Of a stretch of DNA of 64,000 bases, positions 1 through 9,679 are shown piece after piece. The position numbers and the translations under genes are program-made. Source of the stretch: Opitutia bacterium (GTDB lineage Bacteria; Verrucomicrobiota; Verrucomicrobiia; Opitutales; Opitutaceae). A model generated the notes under the pieces. That model saw only the letters and a list, made by a program, of their open reading frames with translations. It made no database searches and was not told the origin of the DNA. The DNA lies in contig JACRHS010000016.1 in NCBI GenBank assembly GCA_016217595.1, positions 1 through 64,000 on the forward strand, read 5' to 3'. The number at the start of each line of letters is the position of its first letter. The stretch's first letter is position 1.

Positions 1-1
1 C

Positions 2-286
2 GCGCTCGCCGCCGCCGGCGTCGCCAGCCCGCTGGCCGACCCGATCCTGCGGGTGTACCGCAACGGCGTCCTCGTCGCCGAAAACGACAACTGGAGCGCC
101 ACCGCCGCCGATGCCGCCACCCTGGCCGACGCCGCGAAGCAGACCGGCGCCTTCGCCTTCGCGACCGGCAGCAAGGACGCCGCACTGCTGCTCACGCTCC
201 AACCCGGCAACTACACCGCGCAAGTCAGCGGTGCCGGCACCACCACCGGCATCGCCCTGGTCGAAATCTACGAACTATCCGAGTAG
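2..286 (+). CDS. hypothetical protein, C-terminal fragment (5' end outside window)
   Basis: Frame is open from the window edge to TAG at 284-286. The fragment is Ala/Gly/Thr-rich with no recognisable family. The track lists only the Met-initiated part 53..286. Confidence 0.35.
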   Translation, partial: ALAAAGVASPLADPILRVYRNGVLVAENDNWSATAADAATLADAAKQTGAFAFATGSKDAALLLTLQPGNYTAQVSGAGTTTGIALVEIYELSE

Positions 287-408
287 CCACCGGCCAGTCG
301 CTCCCCGCGTTCAAACACTCACCCCGCGCCCGCCGCCGGCCCCCGCGCCCCGGCGGGCGCTCCGCGTCGCGCAGTCTCCGCGGCCTCGAAGCAGATTGTT
401 GCGCGGTG

Positions 409-1668
409 CTATTCCGGAAAATTCACTTTGCCGATCTCGCCGATCAAAACGCTCACGGCGATAAAGGCGGCGAGGTAGGCGCAGGCGCAGCCGATAAATA
501 CCGGGGTGAAGGAGACGTTTTGCACCGTCCAGCCGATGAGCTGCTGCGTAAGGATGCCCATCACGCCGCCGAGGGCGCCGGCCAAACCAGTTACCGAGCC
601 GACGACATTTTTGGGCAACACTTCCGCCGGCAGCGCCATGAAACCCCAGGCACCGTGTCCGAACATTGCGAGACTGATCAGACCCACGGCGAGGAGGGGA
701 GAGGCGGCGCGCGGAATCAGCAGGCAGCAGAGGGGCACGAGGCAGGAGACGGCGACCATGACGGTTTTGCGGGCGCGGTTGTGCGACCAGCCGTAGCCGG
801 TCAGAATCCGCGGCGCCGCGCCACCGAGCACGTTGCCCAGCGCGAGGGCGACAAACGGAATGCCGCTGTACTTGCCCACCGCGACCAGATCGAAGCCGCG
901 TTCCTGTTGCAGGAATTTGATGATCCAAAACGTGAAGAAATAAGAGCACGGATCGAGCAGCATGCGGGCGGCCACGCAGCCCCACACGGTGCGCACGCGC
1001 AGCAAGCGGCGAAACGGCAGCGCGGCGGCACGGTCCGAGGGCGAATCGCCGCTCTCGATTAATTTCAGCTCTTCCGCGCCGAGCCACGGATGTTCCCGGG
1101 GATGGCGGTAGAGGACGGCCCACGCCGCCACCCAAATCAATCCGAGCACGCCGCCAAACACGAACGCCGATTGCCAGCCCCACATGAGCGCGATCCACGA
1201 GATGAGCGGGGCCGCGATGGCGGCGCCGACGGCCACGCCGCCGTTGAAAATGCCGACGGCCAGCGTGCGTTCGCGCATGGGAAACCACTCCGACACCGCC
1301 TTGATGCCGGCGGGAAAATTGGCGGGCTCGGTCGCGCCAAGCAGAAAGCGGAAAAACGAAAACTGCAGCGCCGTGCGCGCCACCGCATGCAGGAGGCACG
1401 ACACCGACCAGCCCGAGACAAAAATGAGAAACGATTTGCGGGTGCCGAGCCGGTCAACCAGCCAGCCGCTGACGGCGTACATCGCGGTGTAACTCAGCAG
1501 AAAGGCCGACGTGATGTGCGCGTACTGCACGGTGGTGATGTGCAGCTCGTTTTGGATCGTCTGCGCGAGCACCGACAGCGCCTGGCGGTCGAGATAGTTG
1601 AGCCCCGACGCGATGCAGAGCAGTGAGACGATGTACCAGCGCAGACCGGGCAGTTTTTTGACGAGCAT
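409..1668 (-). CDS. MFS transporter, ACS/hexuronate (ExuT/GudP-like) subfamily
   Basis: 419 aa with ~12 hydrophobic helices. N-terminal GLNYLDRQALSVLA and DRLGTRK motifs are typical of this MFS branch. ATG at 1668. Confidence 0.8.
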   Translation of the reverse strand: MLVKKLPGLRWYIVSLLCIASGLNYLDRQALSVLAQTIQNELHITTVQYAHITSAFLLSYTAMYAVSGWLVDRLGTRKSFLIFVSGWSVSCLLHAVARTALQFSFFRFLLGATEPANFPAGIKAVSEWFPMRERTLAVGIFNGGVAVGAAIAAPLISWIALMWGWQSAFVFGGVLGLIWVAAWAVLYRHPREHPWLGAEELKLIESGDSPSDRAAALPFRRLLRVRTVWGCVAARMLLDPCSYFFTFWIIKFLQQERGFDLVAVGKYSGIPFVALALGNVLGGAAPRILTGYGWSHNRARKTVMVAVSCLVPLCCLLIPRAASPLLAVGLISLAMFGHGAWGFMALPAEVLPKNVVGSVTGLAGALGGVMGILTQQLIGWTVQNVSFTPVFIGCACAYLAAFIAVSVLIGEIGKVNFPE

Positions 1669-1853
1669 CGGGGAGGAGATGGAGAAGATTGCGAGTGCGC
1701 CTCAGCCAATCTCCCCAACGCGATTCCGCACCCGAGAGTTTTCGGCGGCGCAAAGAACCCTCTGCGGGTGCGGAGACGAACCCACAAAACTAACTTTAGT
1801 AGACGTTGACGCGCCGCGCCCGGCGGAACGGGCGCGGCGTGCAGCACGCAACT

Positions 1854-3797
1854 TTAGCCGCGGTGGCCGGACGCGGGCTGATTCTTCTCCCGCACCATGA
1901 GCGCGAGCATCGAATCGAGGAGACCGTTGGCGCCGGCGGCGCCGGAGACGGCGACGTCGGGCACGATGCGCACCTGGCGTTCGCCGACAGTCTGCATGAG
2001 TTGCATGGCGGTGTAGCTTTGCGCGCCGAGGGCCTCGACGCCGGCGCGGTAGGCCTCGGCTTTCGCAGTGCCGGTTGCGCGGATGGCGTCGGCTTCGCCG
2101 TGCGCGCGGAGGCGGATGGACTCGGCGTCGCCGGCGGCTTGCTTGATCGTGGATTGCGCGTGGAGCTCGGCGATGCGCACGCCCTGGTCGGCGTCGACGA
2201 TTTGCTGCTGGATGTTGGCGAGCGAGGTGGCGCGGACAAGTTCCTGGCGCTGGCGTTGCGCGGCCTCTTGCATCTCGTAGGTGGCCTTTTCCTCCTCGGC
2301 GATTTTGCGGTCGGTCTGCGTTTTCATCAGCTCGGCCGGCGGCGTGATGTCGCCGATGAGCGTGTCGATCGCCTGCACGTCGTAGGCGCCGATGGCGGCG
2401 CGGATGTGGCCGGCGGCCTCCTGCTGGCGCTCGCTGCGGGCGCTGAGGAAATCGAGCACGGTGTGATGCTGGGCCGAGTTGCGGAAATAGTTTCCGACGA
2501 TCGGCTGCAACACGTGGTCGACGAGGTTTTGCATCGAGCCGACGCGCGAGATGACCTTGGGCGCATCGAGGGCACCGACGTGGATGATCTGCGAGACGTC
2601 GAGGTTGAAGGCGAAACCGTCGCGCGAACGCACCGTGATCGAGTTGAGTTTCTCGTCGTAGTGGTGCGCCTCGGTACGGTTGGCCCAGTTGAGGACGATG
2701 TTGGTCGTCGGCACGAGTTCGACGCGCATGACGCGGGTGTTGACCGGGTGCTTGCCGGGGTAGAGTGGGGTGACCCACACGCCCTTGTGCCCGGCGTGGA
2801 CGAGATCGCCGTGCTTGAACGCGACGCCGCTCACATCCTCGTGCGCGAGGCCGACGAAGGAGATGACGACGCCGACGCTGCCGATGGGAATGTTGAGCAT
2901 CGGCACCTGTTCGATCTGGGCGAACCACGGGTTGATGTTCCATGCGCCTGAGAGGAGCACCTGCTCCTGCAAGCCGCGCCGGCCGCCCGCGGCCAGGAAG
3001 GCCTGGGCGTTTTGGAAGTTGTCGTGCCCGGGCAGCACCGGCCCGGCGATCTCGCCGCCATCGATGGGACGACCGTCGAGCGTGGTGACGATGCCGACCA
3101 TGTCGGATGCGATGCGTTGGATGAGCAGATCCTCCGGCGCCATGCCGTGCTCGGCGGCGTTGGCGGCCGTGATGACGGTGAAGAGCGCGGGATTGATCCG
3201 GTAAACGCCGGCCGTGAGCAGGCCGAGCTGGCGGCCCTTCTCGCCGCCGGTTTTCAGGAAGCGGCGCGCGTCCTGGTAATTGTCGCAGGCGACAACGCGG
3301 CCGAGAATGCGCTCGGCCGGGATCGGCGCGCCCGCGGCGGCGACGACGAGGGCAATCTCGCCCGACGGCACGACGACCACCGGCATGCGCGCGACGCGGT
3401 ATTGCCAGAACCAAAACCCGAAATGCCAGCCGGGCGCGAGCGTGTCGGCCTGGTAGCCGGCCTCGCCGTCGAGCGCGATGAACTCGCCCGGCGGCAGACT
3501 GCGGCGCGCGAATTTTTTAACGATCAGGCCGACCTGGTTTTCGCCGATGATGACCAGCCCGGTGAGCGCCGGAGCCAGGGCCAGGGCACCGAGGCACAGG
3601 CCGCCGCGTTCGATCCAGCCGGCCGCCCAGATGAAGGCGAACAGCCAGAGCGCGAGCGCGCCGAGGGCCGGCAGCAACCGCCAGGAGCGGTCGCGGGATT
3701 TGAGGGCGAGGCCGGCCAGTAAAAAGCCGGCGCCGAGCAAGACCAGCTGCGCGAGCAGATGGCCGACGTTGACGAATGAAACGACCGGTGCGGTCAT
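1854..3797 (-). CDS. SPFH/band-7 flotillin-like membrane protein (YqiK family)
   Basis: N-terminal TM helix, SPFH domain and a long Ala/Gln/Glu-rich coiled-coil tail (EEKATYEMQEAAQRQRQELV...). ATG at 3797 preceded by GGAGA. The track ORF start at 3845 is a GTG. Confidence 0.8.
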   Translation of the reverse strand: MTAPVVSFVNVGHLLAQLVLLGAGFLLAGLALKSRDRSWRLLPALGALALWLFAFIWAAGWIERGGLCLGALALAPALTGLVIIGENQVGLIVKKFARRSLPPGEFIALDGEAGYQADTLAPGWHFGFWFWQYRVARMPVVVVPSGEIALVVAAAGAPIPAERILGRVVACDNYQDARRFLKTGGEKGRQLGLLTAGVYRINPALFTVITAANAAEHGMAPEDLLIQRIASDMVGIVTTLDGRPIDGGEIAGPVLPGHDNFQNAQAFLAAGGRRGLQEQVLLSGAWNINPWFAQIEQVPMLNIPIGSVGVVISFVGLAHEDVSGVAFKHGDLVHAGHKGVWVTPLYPGKHPVNTRVMRVELVPTTNIVLNWANRTEAHHYDEKLNSITVRSRDGFAFNLDVSQIIHVGALDAPKVISRVGSMQNLVDHVLQPIVGNYFRNSAQHHTVLDFLSARSERQQEAAGHIRAAIGAYDVQAIDTLIGDITPPAELMKTQTDRKIAEEEKATYEMQEAAQRQRQELVRATSLANIQQQIVDADQGVRIAELHAQSTIKQAAGDAESIRLRAHGEADAIRATGTAKAEAYRAGVEALGAQSYTAMQLMQTVGERQVRIVPDVAVSGAAGANGLLDSMLALMVREKNQPASGHRG

Positions 3798-4354
3798 GGG
3801 ATTTGTCTCCGAAAGCAGGCCGGTGGGCGCAGTATTCCTGCGCACGCCGACGCTGCGGTTGCATGGGGAGACCGTGGAGACACCGCGGAGCGGGCTCTAG
3901 TGGATCACCCTTCCATTGGCCGACGAGGTTAGCTGACGGGCTTGGTGCTGGAAGGTCACCTTGGCCGCGGTTACCCGCAGCCGTGCGCCCCGTCCGCGGC
4001 AGTGAGTGTCGCGGAATTCGGTTCCCCCGCGCCGACACCGAGGAAGCGGCGGCGGCTTAGGCAAAGAGTCCAAAGAACGGCGCGGATTATCGCAGACGGG
4101 ACGGTTCCCAACAAGGGGGTGTGGTGTAACCGCGCGTCGCACAGGCGAATCAAAACCAAATGACCCGCCGCCTCTGTTTCATCTTGAATCTGGCCCGGCC
4201 GGGGCGTGCGGCAGACCTAATTCGCGGGCGATTGCGCAGGATCAGTCTCGACTTAAGTGTCTTTAGTGAAGACGTTGCGAGTCTTCGGGCGACGCGCGAT
4301 ACCCGCTACTGCCTCCTGAAATAATCTGCACGACAGCGGAATTACCGATTCCTC

Positions 4355-5461
4355 ATGAAAATCCTGATCATCGACGATGACCCCGTGATTCGTCAGGTCT
4401 TGCAGGTTTTGTTGGAATCCAACGGATACACCGTGCGCATTGCCACCGACGGAATCGAGGGCGTGCAGCTTGCCGCCGATGCGCCCGACCTGATTCTCTG
4501 TGATATCGGGTTGCCCCGCCTCGATGGCTATTCGGTCATCACTGCCATTCAGCGACTGCCGCAATGCCGCGATGTGCCCTTCATCTTCCTCACGGGGCGG
4601 GCAGAGCGGAATGAACAGCGACGCGGCATGACGCTCGGGGCGGACGATTACATTACCAAGCCGTTTACCGAGAAGGAAATTTTGGAGGCGATTGAGGCGC
4701 GGGTCCGCCGGCAACGTCCGCTGCGAGAGCGCATCGAGCGGCTCGTCAACGAACGGCGTCACGAAATTTCCGCCGAGTGGGCGCACGAGTTGCTCACGCC
4801 ACTGAGCGGCGTGCTGGGTGGTTTGCAGTTGATCGAAGAGGAGGGGGATCATGTCAGCGTGGCCGAACTGAAGCACTTGCTGGGTGTGATCCGCTCCAGT
4901 GCTGAGCGGCAACTGCGGCTGGCGCGTAAACTCATTCGCTTTTACGATCTGGAGCGCATCAAGGAACGCGGGATGCTGCCGGCCACCGCTCTGTGTCGCG
5001 CCGATCTGGCGGTCGCCTCCGCCGCGGCCCGGGCAGGCGCGGAGGAAAAGCGGCCAAACGATCTGCGCGTGCAATGTGAATCCGGGGACGTTGTCGTGAC
5101 CGATACGCTCTTGATCGACGCGGTCGCCGAGCTCGTGGAAAATGCCCTGCGGTTTTCCAGCCCGGGGCAGCTGGTGTTCGTGACCGGGCGTGGCGCGGGG
5201 CCGATGTATCGCATCGAGATTTTGGATGCCGGCCCCGGGCTGACGTCGGCGCAGCGCGCCAGCGTGGGTGCTTTCACGCAATTCGACCGGAACCGGCTCG
5301 AACAACAAGGACTCGGGCTGGGTTTGGCCATCGCCAGCGCGACCGCGTCCATTGCGAACGGCCAGTTGCGATTGGAAGATGGACCGCAGGGGCGGGGACT
5401 GAAAGCCGTGTTGGAATTGCCCATGCCCTGTCCCGGACCTGAGCAGAACGCCGGCCGCTAG
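4355..5461 (+). CDS. hybrid response-regulator/histidine kinase (REC-HisKA-HATPase_c, no TM or sensor domain)
   Basis: N-terminal REC (MKILIIDDDPVIRQ...DIGLPRLDG...DYITKPF). H-box HELLTPLSGVLGG. ATPase G-boxes ILDAGPGL and GLGLGLAI. Confidence 0.85.
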   Translation: MKILIIDDDPVIRQVLQVLLESNGYTVRIATDGIEGVQLAADAPDLILCDIGLPRLDGYSVITAIQRLPQCRDVPFIFLTGRAERNEQRRGMTLGADDYITKPFTEKEILEAIEARVRRQRPLRERIERLVNERRHEISAEWAHELLTPLSGVLGGLQLIEEEGDHVSVAELKHLLGVIRSSAERQLRLARKLIRFYDLERIKERGMLPATALCRADLAVASAAARAGAEEKRPNDLRVQCESGDVVVTDTLLIDAVAELVENALRFSSPGQLVFVTGRGAGPMYRIEILDAGPGLTSAQRASVGAFTQFDRNRLEQQGLGLGLAIASATASIANGQLRLEDGPQGRGLKAVLELPMPCPGPEQNAGR

Positions 5462-5562
5462 TTATCAAGGGGTGCGCAAAACCTGCGCACGAAGTTTCGG
5501 TCGTGCGCAAAGTGTGCTCACTGCGCGCCGTTAAACCCGCGATTTAGCCCGGTTTAGGCCCA

Positions 5563-5578
5563 TGGCACAGTAGCTGCA
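5563..5578 (+). promoter_or_regulatory. putative sigma-54 (-24/-12) promoter TGGCAC-N5-CTGCA
   Basis: TGGCACagtagCTGCA matches the consensus TGGCAC-N5-TTGCA with GG/GC correctly spaced. It lies 28 nt upstream of the first ATG of the secretion operon. An NtrC-type activator is encoded at the operon's 3' end. Confidence 0.45.
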
Positions 5579-5605
5579 GATGCGTTGGCGAATCCCTCCA
5601 TTACT

Positions 5606-6166
5606 ATGTTTTCGAAATCACTTAGCCACTTGTTCCGCGGCCTTTCTGTCCTGACCGCGCTGGTCACGCTCACGTCATCTTTATTGGCGCAGAATCCGCC
5701 GGCACCGGGCGGCGCTCCTTCGGAAGACCGCGGGCAGCGGCGCCAGCAGTTCAATCCCGAAGAGATGCGCACACGCATGTTGAATGCCGTCCGCGAGCAA
5801 CTCGGTGTCACCAGTGATGAAGAATGGGCGCTGATTTCCGAGCGCATCATCAAGGTTGCCGAATTGCGCCGCACGGTGAGCCCTGTCATGGGAATGGGCA
5901 TGGCCATGCGCGGCATGGGCGGCCAGAGCGGACAAGACAACAACCGCGGGCGGGCTATGCGCGGCGGCAATAATCCTGAAGTTGAGACCCTCCAGATGGC
6001 GCTGAAAGATAAAGCGCCGGATGCTGAAATCAAAGCCCGCCTGACGCGTCTTCGTGAGGTGCGCAAAGAAAACGAAGCCAAACTCGAGAAGGCCCAGGAA
6101 GAGCTCCGCGCGGTGCTCACGGTCCGCCAGGAAGCCATCGCGGTGATCGCGGGTTGGCTGCCTTGA
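5606..6166 (+). CDS. small exported protein, possibly Spy/CpxP-like periplasmic (function unknown)
   Basis: Signal peptide MFSKSLSHLFRGLSVLTALVTLTSSLLA|Q. Gly/Met-rich low-complexity segment (MGMGMAMRGMGGQSG). Helical (L/F)NPE(E/V) repeats resemble the LTxxQ chaperone family. Track start 5585 is TTG; ATG at 5606 used. Confidence 0.5.
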   Translation: MFSKSLSHLFRGLSVLTALVTLTSSLLAQNPPAPGGAPSEDRGQRRQQFNPEEMRTRMLNAVREQLGVTSDEEWALISERIIKVAELRRTVSPVMGMGMAMRGMGGQSGQDNNRGRAMRGGNNPEVETLQMALKDKAPDAEIKARLTRLREVRKENEAKLEKAQEELRAVLTVRQEAIAVIAGWLP

Positions 6167-6185
6167 GACTCAACCTTTCGTCGTC

Positions 6186-7940
6186 ATGCCCATCGAAACG
6201 CCCAACGGTACCTTGCCCGAATTGCTGCTCCGGATGATTTCCGGTCGGCAGTTGACCGAGACGGACGCCCGGGCGTTTCTCGCCCAACATCGCGGAGTGG
6301 CCGAGGCGACCGAAGAAGCGGTGCTGCGCTGGCTGGCGCACGAGTACGGCGTGGGCTTTGCCGCGCTCGACGAGCTGGAGCCCGACAAGCAGGTGCTCTC
6401 GCTCTTCCCGGCGCGACTGTTGCTGCGCGACGAGCTGCTCCCGCTCCGGCGGGTTGACGGGCAAATTGAAATCGCCACCAGCCGCCTGTTCGCCACACAG
6501 GGGCTGGATGGTTTGAAAACGCTCACCGGGCTGCGTCTGCGCCCGGTGCTGGCGCCGGTCGAGGCCATCCAACGCGAGATGAAGAAGCGTCTCGGCGTCG
6601 GCGCGGATACCATCGATACGCTCGACGAGGAGACCGCGCTGCAAGTGGTCGACGAAGATGGCAGCACGGATGCCAATCTCGACGAAGCCGCCGAGGACGC
6701 GTCGATCATCCGTTTCGTCAATCAGGTGTTGAAGGACGCGATCGATCTGCGCGCGTCGGACATCCACCTGGAGCCGTTCGAGGACGAATTGCGCATCCGC
6801 TACCGCATCGACGGCGTGTTGCAGGAAATTCCGGTGCCGGCGCAGATCAAACGCTTCCAGCCCGCCATCGTGGCGCGCGTAAAAATTCTCAGTCATCTCA
6901 ACATCGCCGAAAAACGCCTGCCGCAGGACGGCCGCATCAAGGTGCGCATCGACGAAGCGGAGGTCGACATCCGCGTCTCCGTGATTCCGATGCTGCACGG
7001 CGAGGCGGTGGTGCTGCGCTTGCTGCGCCAGAACGCCGCGCTGCGCGGTGTGAAAGAGCTGGGCATGAATGCCCGCGAGCTCGATTGCCTCTCCCGCGTG
7101 CTCCAGTTGCCGCACGGCATCATCCTCGTGACCGGTCCGACCGGCAGCGGCAAAACGTCCACGCTTTATACGGCGCTCCACGAGATCAACGACACCGAGC
7201 GTAAGATCGTGACCATCGAGGATCCGATCGAGTATCAGCTCAAGGGCGTGAACCAGATTCAGGTCTCGGAAAAGTCCGGGCTCACTTTCGCCCGCGGTTT
7301 GCGTTCCATTCTCCGCCACGATCCCGACGTGATTCTGATCGGCGAAATCCGCGATCAGGAAACCGCGCAGATCGCGGTGCAGGCGTCGCTCACCGGTCAC
7401 TTGGTGTTTTCGACGCTGCACACCAACGACGCGCCGGGCGCCATCACGCGTCTGGTCGACATGGGGGTGGAGCCTTACCTTGTCGCATCATCGCTCGAAG
7501 CGGTGCTGGCGCAACGGCTCGTGCGCGTGCTCTGCCCGCACTGCAAAGAGGTGGACACCACGCCGACCGCCCGCGCGTTCAAGGCGCGTATCGGCCTGCC
7601 CACCGATGCGCCGGTGTACCGCGCCGTGGGTTGCCGCGAATGCCGCCAGACCGGGTATCATGGCCGCCGCGCGATCTTCGAGTGGATGGATGTCGACGCC
7701 GAGATCCGGCAGATGATTTTGCAAAGTTCCTCGACCGATGTGCTGCGCGATGCCGCGCGGCGCGGCGGCATGACGACCCTGGCCGACGACGGCCGGCGGC
7801 TGGTGCAGTCGGGCATGACCACCATCGAGGAAGTGCTCAGCGTCACCACGGCGAAGGAAGTTTCGGCGGGATTGTCCAACGCGGCCAAGGATGCGGCCAC
7901 CGCGGCGAACGCAGCCGCTCTGCGTCCGGCGACGAAATAA
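6186..7940 (+). CDS. gspE: type II secretion system ATPase GspE (GspE/PilB family, with N-terminal GSPII_E_N domain)
   Basis: Walker A GPTGSGKTST, Asp box, His box, and a C-terminal tetracysteine CPHC...CREC. 584 aa. Confidence 0.9.
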   Translation: MPIETPNGTLPELLLRMISGRQLTETDARAFLAQHRGVAEATEEAVLRWLAHEYGVGFAALDELEPDKQVLSLFPARLLLRDELLPLRRVDGQIEIATSRLFATQGLDGLKTLTGLRLRPVLAPVEAIQREMKKRLGVGADTIDTLDEETALQVVDEDGSTDANLDEAAEDASIIRFVNQVLKDAIDLRASDIHLEPFEDELRIRYRIDGVLQEIPVPAQIKRFQPAIVARVKILSHLNIAEKRLPQDGRIKVRIDEAEVDIRVSVIPMLHGEAVVLRLLRQNAALRGVKELGMNARELDCLSRVLQLPHGIILVTGPTGSGKTSTLYTALHEINDTERKIVTIEDPIEYQLKGVNQIQVSEKSGLTFARGLRSILRHDPDVILIGEIRDQETAQIAVQASLTGHLVFSTLHTNDAPGAITRLVDMGVEPYLVASSLEAVLAQRLVRVLCPHCKEVDTTPTARAFKARIGLPTDAPVYRAVGCRECRQTGYHGRRAIFEWMDVDAEIRQMILQSSSTDVLRDAARRGGMTTLADDGRRLVQSGMTTIEEVLSVTTAKEVSAGLSNAAKDAATAANAAALRPATK

Positions 7941-7955
7941 TTTTCCGGTCCGACC

Positions 7956-9227
7956 ATGCCGCAATTCACCTACAAGGCCATGCAACGCGATGGCGTCCTC
8001 GTTGAGGGCGCGCTGGACGCTTCCGGCCGGCACGAGGCGTTGCGGCAGATCGAAATCAAGGGTCTGAAAACGGTCCGCCTGGTCGAGGCCGCGGGTGGCG
8101 CGGCCGCGGGAAAGCCGGGCGCGAACGGTTCCGCCCCGGGAGCGAATGGCGCGGCGCCGGGCTGGCTGCCGATGCTCAACCGGAAAAAGAAAATCACGGC
8201 GCGGATGCTGGAGAATTTCACCCGGTTGCTGTCCAGCCTGCTGGCAGCCGGCGTGCCGTTCAGCCGCGCGTTGGTGATTCTGCATCGCGAGGCGGTCGAG
8301 CCGGCCGCCAAGGAGAAGTGGAAGGAAATTCACGATCTGGTGATCGACGGCATGTCGCTTTCCGATGCGATGGCGCGCTCGCCGGAGACGTTTCCCCGGG
8401 TGTACGTGGCGATGGTCGAGGCGGGTGAGACGGGCGGTTTCCTCGATGTGGTGCTGGCGCAGATCGCCGATTTTCAGGCGCGGGAAAAAGAGCTGCAGGC
8501 GAAGGTGCTCACGGCACTCATGTACCCGCTGATCCTGCTCGTGCTGGCGCTGGCGGTGGTGGTGTTCCTGCTCGTGTTTTTCATTCCGCGTTTCCATCTG
8601 GTTTTCCAGGGCTTCAACGCCGAGCTGCCGCTGCTCACGCAGATGATTGTGAAGGCGAGCGAACTGGTGCGGCAGTACGGTTTGTTTATCGGCGCGGCGG
8701 TGGCGATCGCGGTGTTTTCGCTGCGGAGCTGGATCGCCTCCGAAAAAGGCCGGCGCGCGTGGAAGGGCATGTTGCTGCGGATGCCGATGGTCGGACCGCT
8801 GGTGGCGCAGTATGCGATGGCGCGTTTCTGCCGGATGCTGGGCACGCTGCTCGGCGCCGGCGTGCCACTGATCAATGGTCTCAACGTCGCCCGTCGCTCG
8901 ATCGGCAATCAGATTTTGGTCGATGCGGTCTCCGAATCGACGGATCGCGTGAAGGAGGGCAAACCGCTCGGCACGAGTCTCGCGAAGAGCCGGGAGCTGT
9001 TCCCCGGCGCGGTCGTCGAGATGATCTCGGTCGCCGAGGAAAGCGGCAAACTCGACCAGGAACTTGTGCGCATCGCCACGGTGACCGAGTCCGACCTCGA
9101 CCGGCAGCTCAAGACCCTCGTCGCGATGGCCGAGCCGCTGATGTTGTTCCTCATCGCAGCCTTCATCGGCACCATCTTCATCGGGATGCTGATCCCCATT
9201 TTCTCTCTGCAAGACCACATCAAATGA
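7956..9227 (+). CDS. gspF: type II secretion system inner-membrane platform protein GspF
   Basis: 423 aa with two GspF-type repeats and 3 TM segments. Sits directly after gspE. Confidence 0.88.
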   Translation: MPQFTYKAMQRDGVLVEGALDASGRHEALRQIEIKGLKTVRLVEAAGGAAAGKPGANGSAPGANGAAPGWLPMLNRKKKITARMLENFTRLLSSLLAAGVPFSRALVILHREAVEPAAKEKWKEIHDLVIDGMSLSDAMARSPETFPRVYVAMVEAGETGGFLDVVLAQIADFQAREKELQAKVLTALMYPLILLVLALAVVVFLLVFFIPRFHLVFQGFNAELPLLTQMIVKASELVRQYGLFIGAAVAIAVFSLRSWIASEKGRRAWKGMLLRMPMVGPLVAQYAMARFCRMLGTLLGAGVPLINGLNVARRSIGNQILVDAVSESTDRVKEGKPLGTSLAKSRELFPGAVVEMISVAEESGKLDQELVRIATVTESDLDRQLKTLVAMAEPLMLFLIAAFIGTIFIGMLIPIFSLQDHIK

Positions 9228-9679
9228 TTCCTGTCATGAACCTTCCTCGCAAACGTTCCCGTTCCTCCCGTCGTGCCTTCACCCTGGTGGAGCTGCTGCT
9301 GGTGCTCGTGATTCTCGGCACGCTCGCCGCCCTGGTGCTGCCCAAGTTCACCGGTCGCACCGAGCAGGCGCGCGTCACTGCGGCGCAGACGCAGATCGCC
9401 ACCTTCGGCACGGCGCTCGACGCGTTCGAGGTCGACACCGGCGGCTATCCGCGCGGTGCGGATGGCTTGCAGCAACTGATCGTGGCGCCCAGCGATGTCA
9501 CCGGCTGGCGCGGACCCTATCTGAAGAACGACATTCCGGTCGATCCGTGGGGGCATCCCTACGTGTACGAGTGCCCGGGAAAATTGAATCCCTCTGGCTA
9601 CGATGTGCGGTCCATGGGCCCCGACGGGCAGGCCGGCACCAACGATGACATCACCAACGGCTCAAATTCCGCCCGTTGA
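9224..9679 (+). CDS. gspG: major pseudopilin GspG
   Basis: Prepilin N-terminus RRAFTLVELLLVLVILG. GspG signature DPWGHPYVYECPG...YDVRSMGPDGQAGTNDDITN. ATGA overlap with gspF. Confidence 0.88.
   Translation: MIPVMNLPRKRSRSSRRAFTLVELLLVLVILGTLAALVLPKFTGRTEQARVTAAQTQIATFGTALDAFEVDTGGYPRGADGLQQLIVAPSDVTGWRGPYLKNDIPVDPWGHPYVYECPGKLNPSGYDVRSMGPDGQAGTNDDITNGSNSAR

Noticed and set aside
1702-3414. 570-aa minus-strand ORF, and many similar long ORFs (e.g. 311-1399-, 6117-7421-, 7488-9218-, 10988-12682-, 12753-13901+, 15154-16377-, 16391-18139-, 21767-23008-, 27869-30370-, 33233-34387+, 40930-42126-, 42268-44211+, 49378-51099-, 51136-52266-, 52338-53486-, 54398-56317-, 57291-58685+, 59442-60551+)
   Set aside because: All lie antisense to or frame-shifted within well-supported genes. 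Their products are Arg/Ala/Gly/Pro-rich, as expected for GC-rich DNA with rare stop codons, and have no domain signatures.
3846-4354. tmRNA, RNase P RNA or SRP RNA in the long intergenic region
   Set aside because: None of the conserved motifs were found (GGAAAGTCCGGGC / AGGGTGAAA for RNase P; tag-peptide reading frame plus T-arm for tmRNA; GGTGCTGTTTACCAGGTCAGG for 4.5S).
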